Virus record (IMG/VR): IMGVR_UViG_3300037249_001368
Coordinates: 1 to 64,000 of that record
Length of the DNA: 64,000 nt
Source: a virus
Lineage: Duplodnaviria > Caudoviricetes
Reading direction: 5' to 3' (one strand)
The translations under genes were made by a program, and so were the position numbers. Shown here piece by piece: positions 25,858 through 35,026 of the stretch (the first letter of the stretch is position 1; each line of letters begins with the position of its first letter). Below the pieces are notes generated by a model. It saw only the letters and a list, made by a program, of their open reading frames with translations. It was not told the DNA's origin and did not search any database.

Positions 25858-27537
25858 ATGTTACAACCGATAACTAAACAATCCGCACACAATTTACCGT
25901 TGGCAGACCCCGAAGGATTTGTGCTACCGAGCGTCCAAGATTGGAGATACTCGGATGGTGCGAATGGTCTTTATGATGGGTACGCTGCTCCTGAATTACG
26001 TCAGGCATTTCTGAGATTCGTGGACCCACTTACATTGAATTTCAAACTGATAATCAACACTAACGCCACGACAGGTTTATTTGCTGGTGCTGATAAAATC
26101 TTGATTGGTGGAAACACATCATTGGATAGACCGTGGTCTTACATCACCCAAAACATGATTAATACAGACCCAAACAACTATCCAGAAAATTCAGCGTTGG
26201 GTTATTTGTTTAGAATAGGTGAAACAGAACGGGGCATTTTACTGGCTAATTGGATTTTCAGGTTTATGGATTTGGTCAAGAACTACGATTTCTTGATTCA
26301 GGAAGTTGAAGGATTAGATTCAGTGGTAAATCCTAAACCTTGGGAAGCTTTTACTGATGAAACCATATCAGTAAAATTCAGAGAAACATCAGACCAAAGA
26401 GTACAATCGCTGATAATGCTTTACAGAGAAATTTGGTATGATGCTGATACCGGTTCTGTTGTGATTCCCACGAACTTAAACAGAATTGATGTATCTATTC
26501 TTGTTTATCAGGCTGGATATTTTCTGTCGGATTTGTTCGATGCTCCCGATGATGAGGACGCAACAAAGCAGTTATATCCTGAGCGGTTTATGTTCCCTAC
26601 CCGTAAAAAACTGAATCAGTTAGATTCTACAAGAGCACTCCCAGAAGGCAAATCATATCCTTTCATATATCACAATTTCAGATTTAAGAACGCTTTAATC
26701 AATGTTGAGAGTGGTGCTGATTTCTTCACCAACATAAACAATTCAGCAGGAAACTCTGATATGGTGATGACCACTCTGAAATGGAATTTCTGGGGTTGTG
26801 ATTATACTAATTGCTTCCACGGTGAATGGGGTGAATACCCGATGAAACAAATGTTTGTGTTTCTGTCTAAGATAAATGAAATAAATTATCTGATAGAAAT
26901 GAACGAAAGATTTGGATACGCGCTAAACGAAGATTATACATTTTTGGATGAATTGCTTGCTCGCCTACCTAAGAATTTCTTGGGCAACTTCAAAGATGCC
27001 ATGCAATCATCCATAAACAATTTACTGAACTCAGCCAAGGGTAAAGTAAATTCTTACATTGATTCAGCACTGAAAAAGATTAACGCAGGGTATAATAAAC
27101 TGAACAATTACTTGCCTGGTTTGATTGATAATTTCAGTCAGAGACTGTTTTCTGATTATGAACAGGAATGGACGAAACGGACTGAATCACTCATGAAAAA
27201 CCAATTAACGATGTTCCCTGAAAGAGAAGATATTCCCGAAACCGACCGTAAAAACAAAGCACGGCTGATTGATGACGGTTCAATGGAGAGGGAACCAAGT
27301 CCAAATCAGGCAACAATCATGGATGGTTCAGGTTACAGAAAAACAGGCAGCAGCGCTCCTGTTTTGGAAGAGAACGAAGAATATGAACCAGTGCCAAATT
27401 CAGCAACATACGGAGACCCAGTGGGTGTCAATGAAATATCAAAAAGAAACTCAGCAAGGAATTTCGATAAAAGACCTGAAACCGAAATTCCTGAAGAGGT
27501 CATAGTTACTAAAAGAAACGCAGCAAAAGGATTTTAA
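25858..27537 (+). CDS. Putative virion structural protein
   Basis: 559 aa, first gene of the structural block; no specific motif recognised. Confidence 0.6.
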   Translation: MLQPITKQSAHNLPLADPEGFVLPSVQDWRYSDGANGLYDGYAAPELRQAFLRFVDPLTLNFKLIINTNATTGLFAGADKILIGGNTSLDRPWSYITQNMINTDPNNYPENSALGYLFRIGETERGILLANWIFRFMDLVKNYDFLIQEVEGLDSVVNPKPWEAFTDETISVKFRETSDQRVQSLIMLYREIWYDADTGSVVIPTNLNRIDVSILVYQAGYFLSDLFDAPDDEDATKQLYPERFMFPTRKKLNQLDSTRALPEGKSYPFIYHNFRFKNALINVESGADFFTNINNSAGNSDMVMTTLKWNFWGCDYTNCFHGEWGEYPMKQMFVFLSKINEINYLIEMNERFGYALNEDYTFLDELLARLPKNFLGNFKDAMQSSINNLLNSAKGKVNSYIDSALKKINAGYNKLNNYLPGLIDNFSQRLFSDYEQEWTKRTESLMKNQLTMFPEREDIPETDRKNKARLIDDGSMEREPSPNQATIMDGSGYRKTGSSAPVLEENEEYEPVPNSATYGDPVGVNEISKRNSARNFDKRPETEIPEEVIVTKRNAAKGF

Positions 27538-27540
27538 GCC

Positions 27541-28260
27541 ATGAGTATCGTAGACAAAATCGTAAAAAACTTCGCGAAGAATCTTGAATACAACCAAGAA
27601 GGAAAAGCAATGTATGCAAGATTGCTCAGTCATTTTAATCAAGAATACGCAAATTTCCAAGATGTGGTAGATATCACCAACTACTGGATTTTGTTATTCT
27701 TGTTGCACGTCGACAGCATTTTGGTTGTTGACTCAAGTAATAGAGCATCATTCAAACCGAATTTCAGAAATCAGATTTCTGATGTGTTTGCTTCTATGAT
27801 GCGAAAACACATAACTGTTTCTCAAACAATGTTGGGATACAGGATTTTTGGCAAGGAATACATGATTGACGAATCAATCATGAGTGATTTGGAAGTATAC
27901 ATCACCGCCAAGAATCTTGTCAGTGAGTGCAGTGACACCGAAGTGTTCACCGCTTATGTCAGAGCACTGATAAATGACTTCTCGACAAAAGAACCAAGAT
28001 TCTACAGAACAGAATTTCCGAGGTGGTGCGATAAGGTAAAGTATAATCATATAGACTCAGCTATCGAGACTGGGTTCTTGAATTACATTCGTAGGGGGGG
28101 GGTCTTCGCCGACGCCATGCTCAAAGGTTACAAGAAATTTCAGACAAACCCGAACGGATTCAACATCTTCATTTGGCACAATATGTGGCATGAGTTCAAG
28201 GAAACAGCCGAATACAAAATAATCTACAGAGAACTGGAAAAATTTGTCAATAATTACTGA
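27541..28260 (+). CDS. Hypothetical protein
   Basis: 239-aa ORF. Confidence 0.75.
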   Translation: MSIVDKIVKNFAKNLEYNQEGKAMYARLLSHFNQEYANFQDVVDITNYWILLFLLHVDSILVVDSSNRASFKPNFRNQISDVFASMMRKHITVSQTMLGYRIFGKEYMIDESIMSDLEVYITAKNLVSECSDTEVFTAYVRALINDFSTKEPRFYRTEFPRWCDKVKYNHIDSAIETGFLNYIRRGGVFADAMLKGYKKFQTNPNGFNIFIWHNMWHEFKETAEYKIIYRELEKFVNNY

Positions 28261-28262
28261 TA

Positions 28263-28997
28263 ATGGATTTTGGACTTGGAAAAGTAAACATTTTCTTTGG
28301 TGAGGTGACCAACATTGATGACGAAACCAAATTATCAAGGGTTCAGGTCAAAATCAATGGTTACACCGAAGACCTGCCTGAGGAAGATATTCCTTGGTAC
28401 TTCTCATGGGGAGGTGTCAATTATCTTCCACAGGTTGGTGACATTGTTCCTGTCTTGATTTTCGATGGAAACATCTTGGCGGGATTTTACGGTAAAACCA
28501 TAGCAAAGAGACTGAACAAGGATGATGACCTTGATTACGAAAATTACCTGGAGATTTTCAGACGTGAAGTTGACGGTGAACTTGTGTCACTGTCATACAC
28601 ACCAAGTAAGGGCATAGAATTTATCAATTCCGAATCAGGTTTACTGGTCGAAAATGAGATGATAACTCTGTTTTCATCCAGTAACAAAATCACCATGACC
28701 AAATCCGAGATAAAAATCGGAAACAACGCTGAGCAGTACGCCCTGAAAGGTGATGATGTGGTTAAAGTCTTAGAACAGATGTGTGGATACATGAAAGAAA
28801 TCACAAAACAATTTTTGATGACTTCTACGACATGGCCGACCGTCATTGGTGCTTGTGCCACCCCGTTTACAGCCGCTTTAGGTGTTGCTTTTGGTACACT
28901 TTCGGCACAAATGACACTGATTTTTACATCATTGGCAACTCTTCAAGCAGGTATCACCAGAAGTATGTTACAATCCAACAAAGTCAAAATCGAATGA
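28263..28997 (+). CDS. Baseplate hub/central spike (gp5/gpV-like OB-fold)
   Basis: GEVTNIDD...RVQVKI...PW...LPQVGDIVPV, followed by beta repeats. Confidence 0.8.
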   Translation: MDFGLGKVNIFFGEVTNIDDETKLSRVQVKINGYTEDLPEEDIPWYFSWGGVNYLPQVGDIVPVLIFDGNILAGFYGKTIAKRLNKDDDLDYENYLEIFRREVDGELVSLSYTPSKGIEFINSESGLLVENEMITLFSSSNKITMTKSEIKIGNNAEQYALKGDDVVKVLEQMCGYMKEITKQFLMTSTTWPTVIGACATPFTAALGVAFGTLSAQMTLIFTSLATLQAGITRSMLQSNKVKIE

Positions 28998-29003
28998 GCG
29001 AAT

Positions 29004-29031
29004 GAGCACGAACATTTTAATGTGAGTGCTC
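29004..29031 (+). promoter_or_regulatory. Conserved tandem-GA hairpin
   Basis: GAGCAC-GAA-CATT-TT-AATG-TGA-GTGCTC. Confidence 0.75.
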
Positions 29032-29048
29032 GGTATAAACAATAATGT

Positions 29049-29567
29049 ATGGAAACACCTCAGAACATAATCTCAAAATTAGAGCGACTTAATGACAAAT
29101 TGGCTTCGGTTGATTCTGAAAAATATGTCCAAATCAACCCTGACAATTTGGCAAGTACCGCTGCATCATTAGCACAGGTTTCTTCTTATGTGAACAAAGA
29201 ATTTAAGGAGAAAACTCAATCCCTGAATATGGACATGGACGCCTATGTGGCGGAAATAGATGCCCAAGTCAATGCTTTCATGGAAAAGCAAAAACAGGAA
29301 TTAAACGAATGGATGGCTCAGCAATTAGCAGGTCTGAAAGAAGTGGGTATCAACGCAGCTAAAGCGGTTTTAGATTTTCTTCCTAAAATATCTATACCAC
29401 CGACTGTTCAAAATGCCTTGGATATGATGGAGAAAATCAAAAACGAGGTAGAAGAAAAAATCTTGGTTGCCACGATAACATTGGACCTTGTTAAGGATAA
29501 TGCTATGGTAACCATGATTGAAAAAGCAGATAAAGTCGAAAATTCATTTCATAAAAACAACAATTAA
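29049..29567 (+). CDS. Coiled-coil hypothetical protein
   Basis: 172 aa, helical composition. Confidence 0.75.
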   Translation: METPQNIISKLERLNDKLASVDSEKYVQINPDNLASTAASLAQVSSYVNKEFKEKTQSLNMDMDAYVAEIDAQVNAFMEKQKQELNEWMAQQLAGLKEVGINAAKAVLDFLPKISIPPTVQNALDMMEKIKNEVEEKILVATITLDLVKDNAMVTMIEKADKVENSFHKNNN

Positions 29568-29579
29568 AATTTAACCATC

Positions 29580-32500
29580 ATGCCAACAGACAACACTGTT
29601 CACGAAATTAGTAAAGTTCTTATACCAGGAGTACAGGAACCTTACAACTTCGCTGACTTGGTGGCTCGTGCATCCGCTGGACATACACTACAGATTAGTG
29701 TGGTGACGTCCGCTTGGATTACACAACACACCCCACCTACCGACAGCGAACTAGGTATCTTATACATGGTGCCTCACGGTCAACATCACCCAGGTGTCAA
29801 CAACATCTACGACGAGTACGTGGCTGTTAAGGATGAGAGCACCACGCCCGCAACCTACTCATGGGAACTTATCGGAACCGTCGATATTGACCTAACGAAC
29901 TACTCACTGAAGACCCACACCCATACGGTGACGTTTGACATTGGTGTTGAGAATCACACATTTACCCCGACTGGTACTGTATCAATTCCGAATTTTACTG
30001 GAGAGCAAACCAACTTTCATGGAACTCCGGCAACCATTAATGCGTTCCTGAGAGGTATCACCAGAGCACTTAATATAAAGGTTGTGACTGACCATCCGGA
30101 CCCATACGCCAGTGGTTATTGGGAGCCTTATGGAAGTGGCTCAGGTGAAACATCATCTGCGGGAGCACACACCCACCCGATTGCTGCATCTGTTGCTTCC
30201 AAATCTGATTTGAAAGAAGAAACCCTGAATGTAGCCAAATCCACTCAGTTGGATATCTTCAAATCAACGAATATCGACGACACTAAGATTCTTGAAACTA
30301 CCGATATTCAGATGGTTGGTGGTGTTGTTTCAACTAACGATTTGTACCTGTTAGAAACCGCAGTTCCTGTTGAGGTTTGTTACGCTGCAGCAAACACAAC
30401 ACCTGTCCAAAACTTATCTGTCAGTTATGAAGAAGCTAGTGAAATCACGAACCTTTCAAATGGTTCAGTGCCTGTAACAGACAGAGCCGATGGAACCCTT
30501 GGTACTCAGTTTGATGTCACCGACGCAAACTTCAGCACCAAGCATAACACAGCAGTTATGACGGGTGCTGCAGTAGATTCAAACGGTGTTATGGACTTTA
30601 AGTTCAAACCAATCAACACTGATGATGCAGTTGCCTCGATTAGTCACACAGAACACGATGTCCCGATTGCTTATGAAGGAACACCAATCCAATTCAGAGA
30701 AGCAGTAGCTTATCCGTCAGGTCAAAACACCGTCAATGACTTTGAAATCGATGAACAGATTACCGCTGGTACGGTTGCAACAGCTGCTGCTGGTACGGTA
30801 ACAGTTGCTACTGGTAATGTGATTTCGGCTGATGACCCTCATGCTGGTAATGGTTCACCTGTTGTTCTGAAGAGCAGTGCTGCTTCAGGCAAAGCATTAT
30901 ACCAGACCGAAGAGAAAACTGCTTACAAGAGTTTGGTTACTCAAGGTCAGGGTGATGTCACGATTGTTACAGGTGTTTCAGGAAGCACTGGTAATCCGTC
31001 AGAAGCTCACAAACACGGAACCAATAACAACGGTCTTGAGAGCGTCAGAGTGGACTTCAAACCAATCGAAATCTCAGCTAAGTTGGAAAATGGTAAGATT
31101 AATTTATCGTCAGGCATTAACGGTTACACTCCTCACTCGATTTATAACAACGTCCAAGACAAGATTCAGATTGCCAACGTCGCGAACTTCAACGCAAACT
31201 TCAAGGGCACAACTGTTTCGGGTACAACCAATAACCCGTTACAGCATACCGTAAACAACTCAGTTCTCGAAACCTCCACTGCATTTGAAATGATTGATGA
31301 AATCACGGTTCAGGGTGTAGGTTCGGTGGATATGCCGTATGCGGTTCGCGGTGGTGTTAAGGAGGTTACTGTTTATGGGGCATGTCAACAGACAGGTACT
31401 CCTTCAACAGCCAATCCTGTTCCTATCGTTTGTAACAATGGAACTTTGACCAACAGTGATGGTGAAGTTACGGTTGTCGGTACTGCCCAAACTGTCGTAG
31501 ACAGTAATTCACCAGCAAACACCGCTACTGCTCCTATGTTGTTATCAGTTGGTGCTGATGCTACTCTAACAAGAGATGAATGTAATTTAATTACAGGTGA
31601 AATCACCAGAAGATGTGAGGCTTTCGTTTATGACGGAACCCAAACATTGAGAACACCTCGTATCAGTACCACTGGTGCAGATACCGTTGGTGCAATCATC
31701 GTTCAACCTTTGGCTGAGCCGGTGACCGAAACCATCGCCGCCCAAACATTGGACGCCGTGTCGAATGTTCACGCAAACACCTTAACCACGACTTCTAACA
31801 TCGAGAATCCTAGTATTCAGGCCACGTACGACTTTGACCCGATTTGTGACGAAAGCATCATTACTGAATCATCGGTGATGAATGTGGTGAAACACAACGC
31901 CACCAATCGTCTGTTCTATGTTGACCCTGAACTTTACGCAAATGTCACAATCGACACAACCATTTACACCCCGATGAACTACATTCTTTGGGGTATGACA
32001 GGTACCAAGAAACTTTACATGCACAAGAACGCATTGGCTTCAGGTATTTGGGCTGAGTTCAACAGATACAAACTGATTCCTGATACCACTCAAGCCGGTG
32101 CCTTCCACTGGAAGATAACCATCAGTGGTACAGTAAAAGAAGGTGATGTTTCTTGGGCTGCCGGTGATACTCTGGCAAGTATCGTTTCTCAAATGACTCC
32201 TCAGGGTGTAGCCACTTACTTAACATTTACTGTTGCTGACGGTTACATCCAAGTGAGGACCGGTGGTTATTCCTCCAGCACATTTACCCTCACCAACGCC
32301 AGTAATGTTGAGTTGAGAGACTTGTCCAAGTTCTGTAAAGTCAATGGTGAAGATGCCGCTCAGACCCACAGAACATGGCAAGCACAATCAGTTCACACCT
32401 TGTTCCCTGATTCAGGATACTTGGCAGCCAACACTAAACAATACGCTGTGAGTGGTTTGAACTTATCATACCGTTGCGGTGGTAACTTGGCACGATTCAA

Positions 32501-33092
32501 GTACTACTTCGAGGTCAGTGGTTCAGGTCATGGTGGTGTTGATTCATACTTAGCTGAATCAGACGTTTCGGCCCGTATGTCAAGAGTTGGTTTCGCCTCG
32601 TGTGAAACTGGTTCATCTGCCGCTCAGGCACTGTTCAACAAATACAACGGAAGTTGGGATGAATACATGGAAGCATCCATGATTAAACTATACGACACCC
32701 ACACCGATGGTATTGAGTATCAATCCAGAGATAACGGAGAATCTCAGAGTAAGTTCTTAGCCAGCGTTATGACGCTTGACTGGGACGAAACTACTTGGAT
32801 TCCTGCATACCCGAAAGCATACCAAGCCGCTCAGATTGAGTTCGCTCAAGTCGGCACCGGCAATCTTCCGACTGACCATGAAATCGGTAAGTTTATGGAA
32901 GATAGCAGAATGGCTCGTATGAATGTTGCTATAAACAACATTGGCGGTACCCGTATCACGAACTCATCTTACTATTGGTCGGTTGCGGAGTACATCGCCA
33001 TCAGCGCGTGGTGCTACTTCGGCAGCACCGGCTGTGTCGCCTACCTCAATAAGTACAGCAGCAACGGCGCGCGGGTGGTTCGGGCTTCATAG
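29580..33092 (+). CDS. Tail fibre/receptor-binding protein; DGR target with a C-terminal CLec-like variable domain
   Basis: HxH needle motifs shared with 45117; C-terminal YWSVAEY...AW...K...ARVV; 3' end matches the TR. Confidence 0.88.
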   Translation: MPTDNTVHEISKVLIPGVQEPYNFADLVARASAGHTLQISVVTSAWITQHTPPTDSELGILYMVPHGQHHPGVNNIYDEYVAVKDESTTPATYSWELIGTVDIDLTNYSLKTHTHTVTFDIGVENHTFTPTGTVSIPNFTGEQTNFHGTPATINAFLRGITRALNIKVVTDHPDPYASGYWEPYGSGSGETSSAGAHTHPIAASVASKSDLKEETLNVAKSTQLDIFKSTNIDDTKILETTDIQMVGGVVSTNDLYLLETAVPVEVCYAAANTTPVQNLSVSYEEASEITNLSNGSVPVTDRADGTLGTQFDVTDANFSTKHNTAVMTGAAVDSNGVMDFKFKPINTDDAVASISHTEHDVPIAYEGTPIQFREAVAYPSGQNTVNDFEIDEQITAGTVATAAAGTVTVATGNVISADDPHAGNGSPVVLKSSAASGKALYQTEEKTAYKSLVTQGQGDVTIVTGVSGSTGNPSEAHKHGTNNNGLESVRVDFKPIEISAKLENGKINLSSGINGYTPHSIYNNVQDKIQIANVANFNANFKGTTVSGTTNNPLQHTVNNSVLETSTAFEMIDEITVQGVGSVDMPYAVRGGVKEVTVYGACQQTGTPSTANPVPIVCNNGTLTNSDGEVTVVGTAQTVVDSNSPANTATAPMLLSVGADATLTRDECNLITGEITRRCEAFVYDGTQTLRTPRISTTGADTVGAIIVQPLAEPVTETIAAQTLDAVSNVHANTLTTTSNIENPSIQATYDFDPICDESIITESSVMNVVKHNATNRLFYVDPELYANVTIDTTIYTPMNYILWGMTGTKKLYMHKNALASGIWAEFNRYKLIPDTTQAGAFHWKITISGTVKEGDVSWAAGDTLASIVSQMTPQGVATYLTFTVADGYIQVRTGGYSSSTFTLTNASNVELRDLSKFCKVNGEDAAQTHRTWQAQSVHTLFPDSGYLAANTKQYAVSGLNLSYRCGGNLARFKYYFEVSGSGHGGVDSYLAESDVSARMSRVGFASCETGSSAAQALFNKYNGSWDEYMEASMIKLYDTHTDGIEYQSRDNGESQSKFLASVMTLDWDETTWIPAYPKAYQAAQIEFAQVGTGNLPTDHEIGKFMEDSRMARMNVAINNIGGTRITNSSYYWSVAEYIAISAWCYFGSTGCVAYLNKYSSNGARVVRAS
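32976..33088 (+). repeat. DGR variable repeat (VR)
   Basis: 113-bp ungapped match to 33965-34077; all 17 differences lie at TR adenines. Confidence 0.97.
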
Positions 33093-33127
33093 TGGAGTAA
33101 GTTTAACTTTTGTATTTTGTGAGGACC

Positions 33128-33151
33128 GCGGGCGTGCTTGCGCGCGCCCGC
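33128..33151 (+). promoter_or_regulatory. GC-rich DGR hairpin downstream of the VR
   Basis: GCGGGCGTGC-TTGC-GCGCGCCCGC, 40 nt after the VR. Confidence 0.75.
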
Positions 33152-33373
33152 CTTATCTCGATTTCAAAAGCACAGATTTGTGATTTGAAATTCCAAAATT
33201 CGGAAATTCGGAAAGAAATACTCAAAAAGCTGCAAATTCACTTTTAATAAATAAAAAAGGAAATAGGTGCGTTTGCGCGCACCTTTCCGACTTTCACCGA
33301 TAAAATCAAACTTGCGATTTTCGTAAAAACAACAAACCATATAATAATCATAAACCCTTAAAATATTCATAAT

Positions 33374-33862
33374 ATGACCGACGGTTTTCAGCGAAAGCCA
33401 AACAGGCCCACAGACACGCAACTCGCTCATACCATAGAGCAGTTTGAAATGAAGCTTCTTAGTTATATCGATAAAGTGATGCCGAGAAAGTTTCGGTTTA
33501 CACTTATCGAGCAGTTGATTAACACCGTCGGTTGTGCAAGGGAACATGCTATTGATGGTTTGTCACTGAACATAGAATATTTCCCACGTGAGAAATACTT
33601 TCACATAAACATCTGTGAAAGTAAGTTCTACAACGTGGAAATTTTACTGAATCATCTCAATGACAATGGGATGCTTTCAGATAAAGCCAAAGCGGAATTT
33701 GACGTGGAAATTAACAATATCCACACCAACGCAGCTCGTCTTCTAAACTCCCTAAGTGTCAGAATCGAAAAATTAAATACATCAGACACATCATTGGTGT
33801 GTCCCCACTATGGGAGGCAGAGTTCTGTAGGTACGCCGAATGAAGAGACCTCTCCTAAATAA
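33374..33862 (+). CDS. avd: DGR accessory variability determinant (four-helix bundle)
   Basis: Sits between target and TR/RT; MPRKFRFTLIEQL motif; helical, 162 aa. Confidence 0.8.
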   Translation: MTDGFQRKPNRPTDTQLAHTIEQFEMKLLSYIDKVMPRKFRFTLIEQLINTVGCAREHAIDGLSLNIEYFPREKYFHINICESKFYNVEILLNHLNDNGMLSDKAKAEFDVEINNIHTNAARLLNSLSVRIEKLNTSDTSLVCPHYGRQSSVGTPNEETSPK

Positions 33863-33964
33863 GGATTCCCAACTGGTTGAGATATGAATCTAGCTAGTCA
33901 GTCCGATATGGGAAAGCACTGTCCGTCGCGGTTGGTCGTCCCTTGGGCGCTGTTGTCTGGCTCG

Positions 33965-34077
33965 AGGTCGGTTGCGGAGTACAACGCCAACAACGCGTGG
34001 TACTACAACGGCAACAACGGCTGTGTCAACAACAACAATAAGTACAACAGCAACGGCGCGCGGGTGGTTCGGGATTA
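33965..34077 (+). ncRNA. DGR template repeat (TR)
   Basis: AAC-rich invariant copy of the VR, in frame with and upstream of the RT. Confidence 0.95.
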
Positions 34078-34111
34078 TTTAGTAGTCAAGGTGGAAGACG
34101 TCGAAAATTGT

Positions 34112-34978
34112 ATGATTCCGCTAAGCAGATGGTATTCGGTTTATTGGCTTTGCAGACAACGTAAAGCCAGTAAACCTTCCCATCTTGCGTTTTATTACGG
34201 GATGCCGATGAATTTGATTGACCTGACCATTTCAATCAAAAACATGGAGTACATTCCTGAGCAAGGCATCTGTTTCATAATCACTTATCCAAGAATCAGA
34301 GAAGTCATCGCTGCAGATTTCATAGACAGACTTGTACAAACTTGGTTCTGTAAAAATCTTATGCCTTATTTGGAGAGATTTTTCTTACACAAGGATTCTT
34401 ACGCCTGTCGTGAAGGAAAGGGCACACTTGCCGCGGTTAGACAAGTCCAAGAATACATTTTTGACCTGAGTTGGGGATTTACCAGAGACGTTTGGCTGGC
34501 GAAATTAGATATCCAAAGTTTCTTTACAAGCATTGATCTGACACAACACCCTGATAAAATCTATTTACAGCACTACTCCAAAGGAGTTGAGTTCTTAGGA
34601 ATGAAAATAAGGTTTGACCGCGTTTTGCCAAGTGACAGAATCGTTCATAATTTCAGATGGAAAGTTGAGATGCACATCCGTAAAGGTACCAACAGTAACA
34701 AATATCTTTACAGAGAAGCAGAGCACTTCAGTCAGATAATAAACTCATACATGGGCTTATTCAAATGGTGTAACGCATATCGTTTGAGAAAAGAAATCCT
34801 GACACAAATCGCTGAAAGCTGTTGGGGTAAAATCTATGTTGTTTCTGAAAATTACACCAAAGTAAATGTGATTTACGGAGCAACCAGACGAGGTCTTTTC
34901 ATGCGTAAAAACAAAGTTCGTAAGAAAGCCAGAACCGCCATGCTAAACGAGTTCTATTCAAAATTAGAAGCAGCCTAA
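34112..34978 (+). pseudogene. DGR reverse transcriptase with an in-frame deletion of the catalytic palm
   Basis: Has PRIREVIAADFIDRLVQ, DSYACREGKG, KLDIQSFFTSID, then directly LTQHPDK...GVEFLG. No G.P.G...SQ and no YxDD. The ORF could start as early as 33884. Confidence 0.8.
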
Positions 34979-35003
34979 AAATTCATAACTCGACGGTTTA
35001 TAC
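34971..35003 (+). promoter_or_regulatory. Phage bipartite promoter overlapping the RT stop codon
   Basis: CAGCCTAA-15 nt-CGGTTTATAC. Confidence 0.7.
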
Positions 35004-35026
35004 ATATCCATAAATATACCAGAATC

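Noticed and set aside
33884-34111. Asn-rich N-terminal extension of the RT
   Set aside because: It is the in-frame read-through of the AAC-rich TR. The RT more likely starts at or near ATG 34112.
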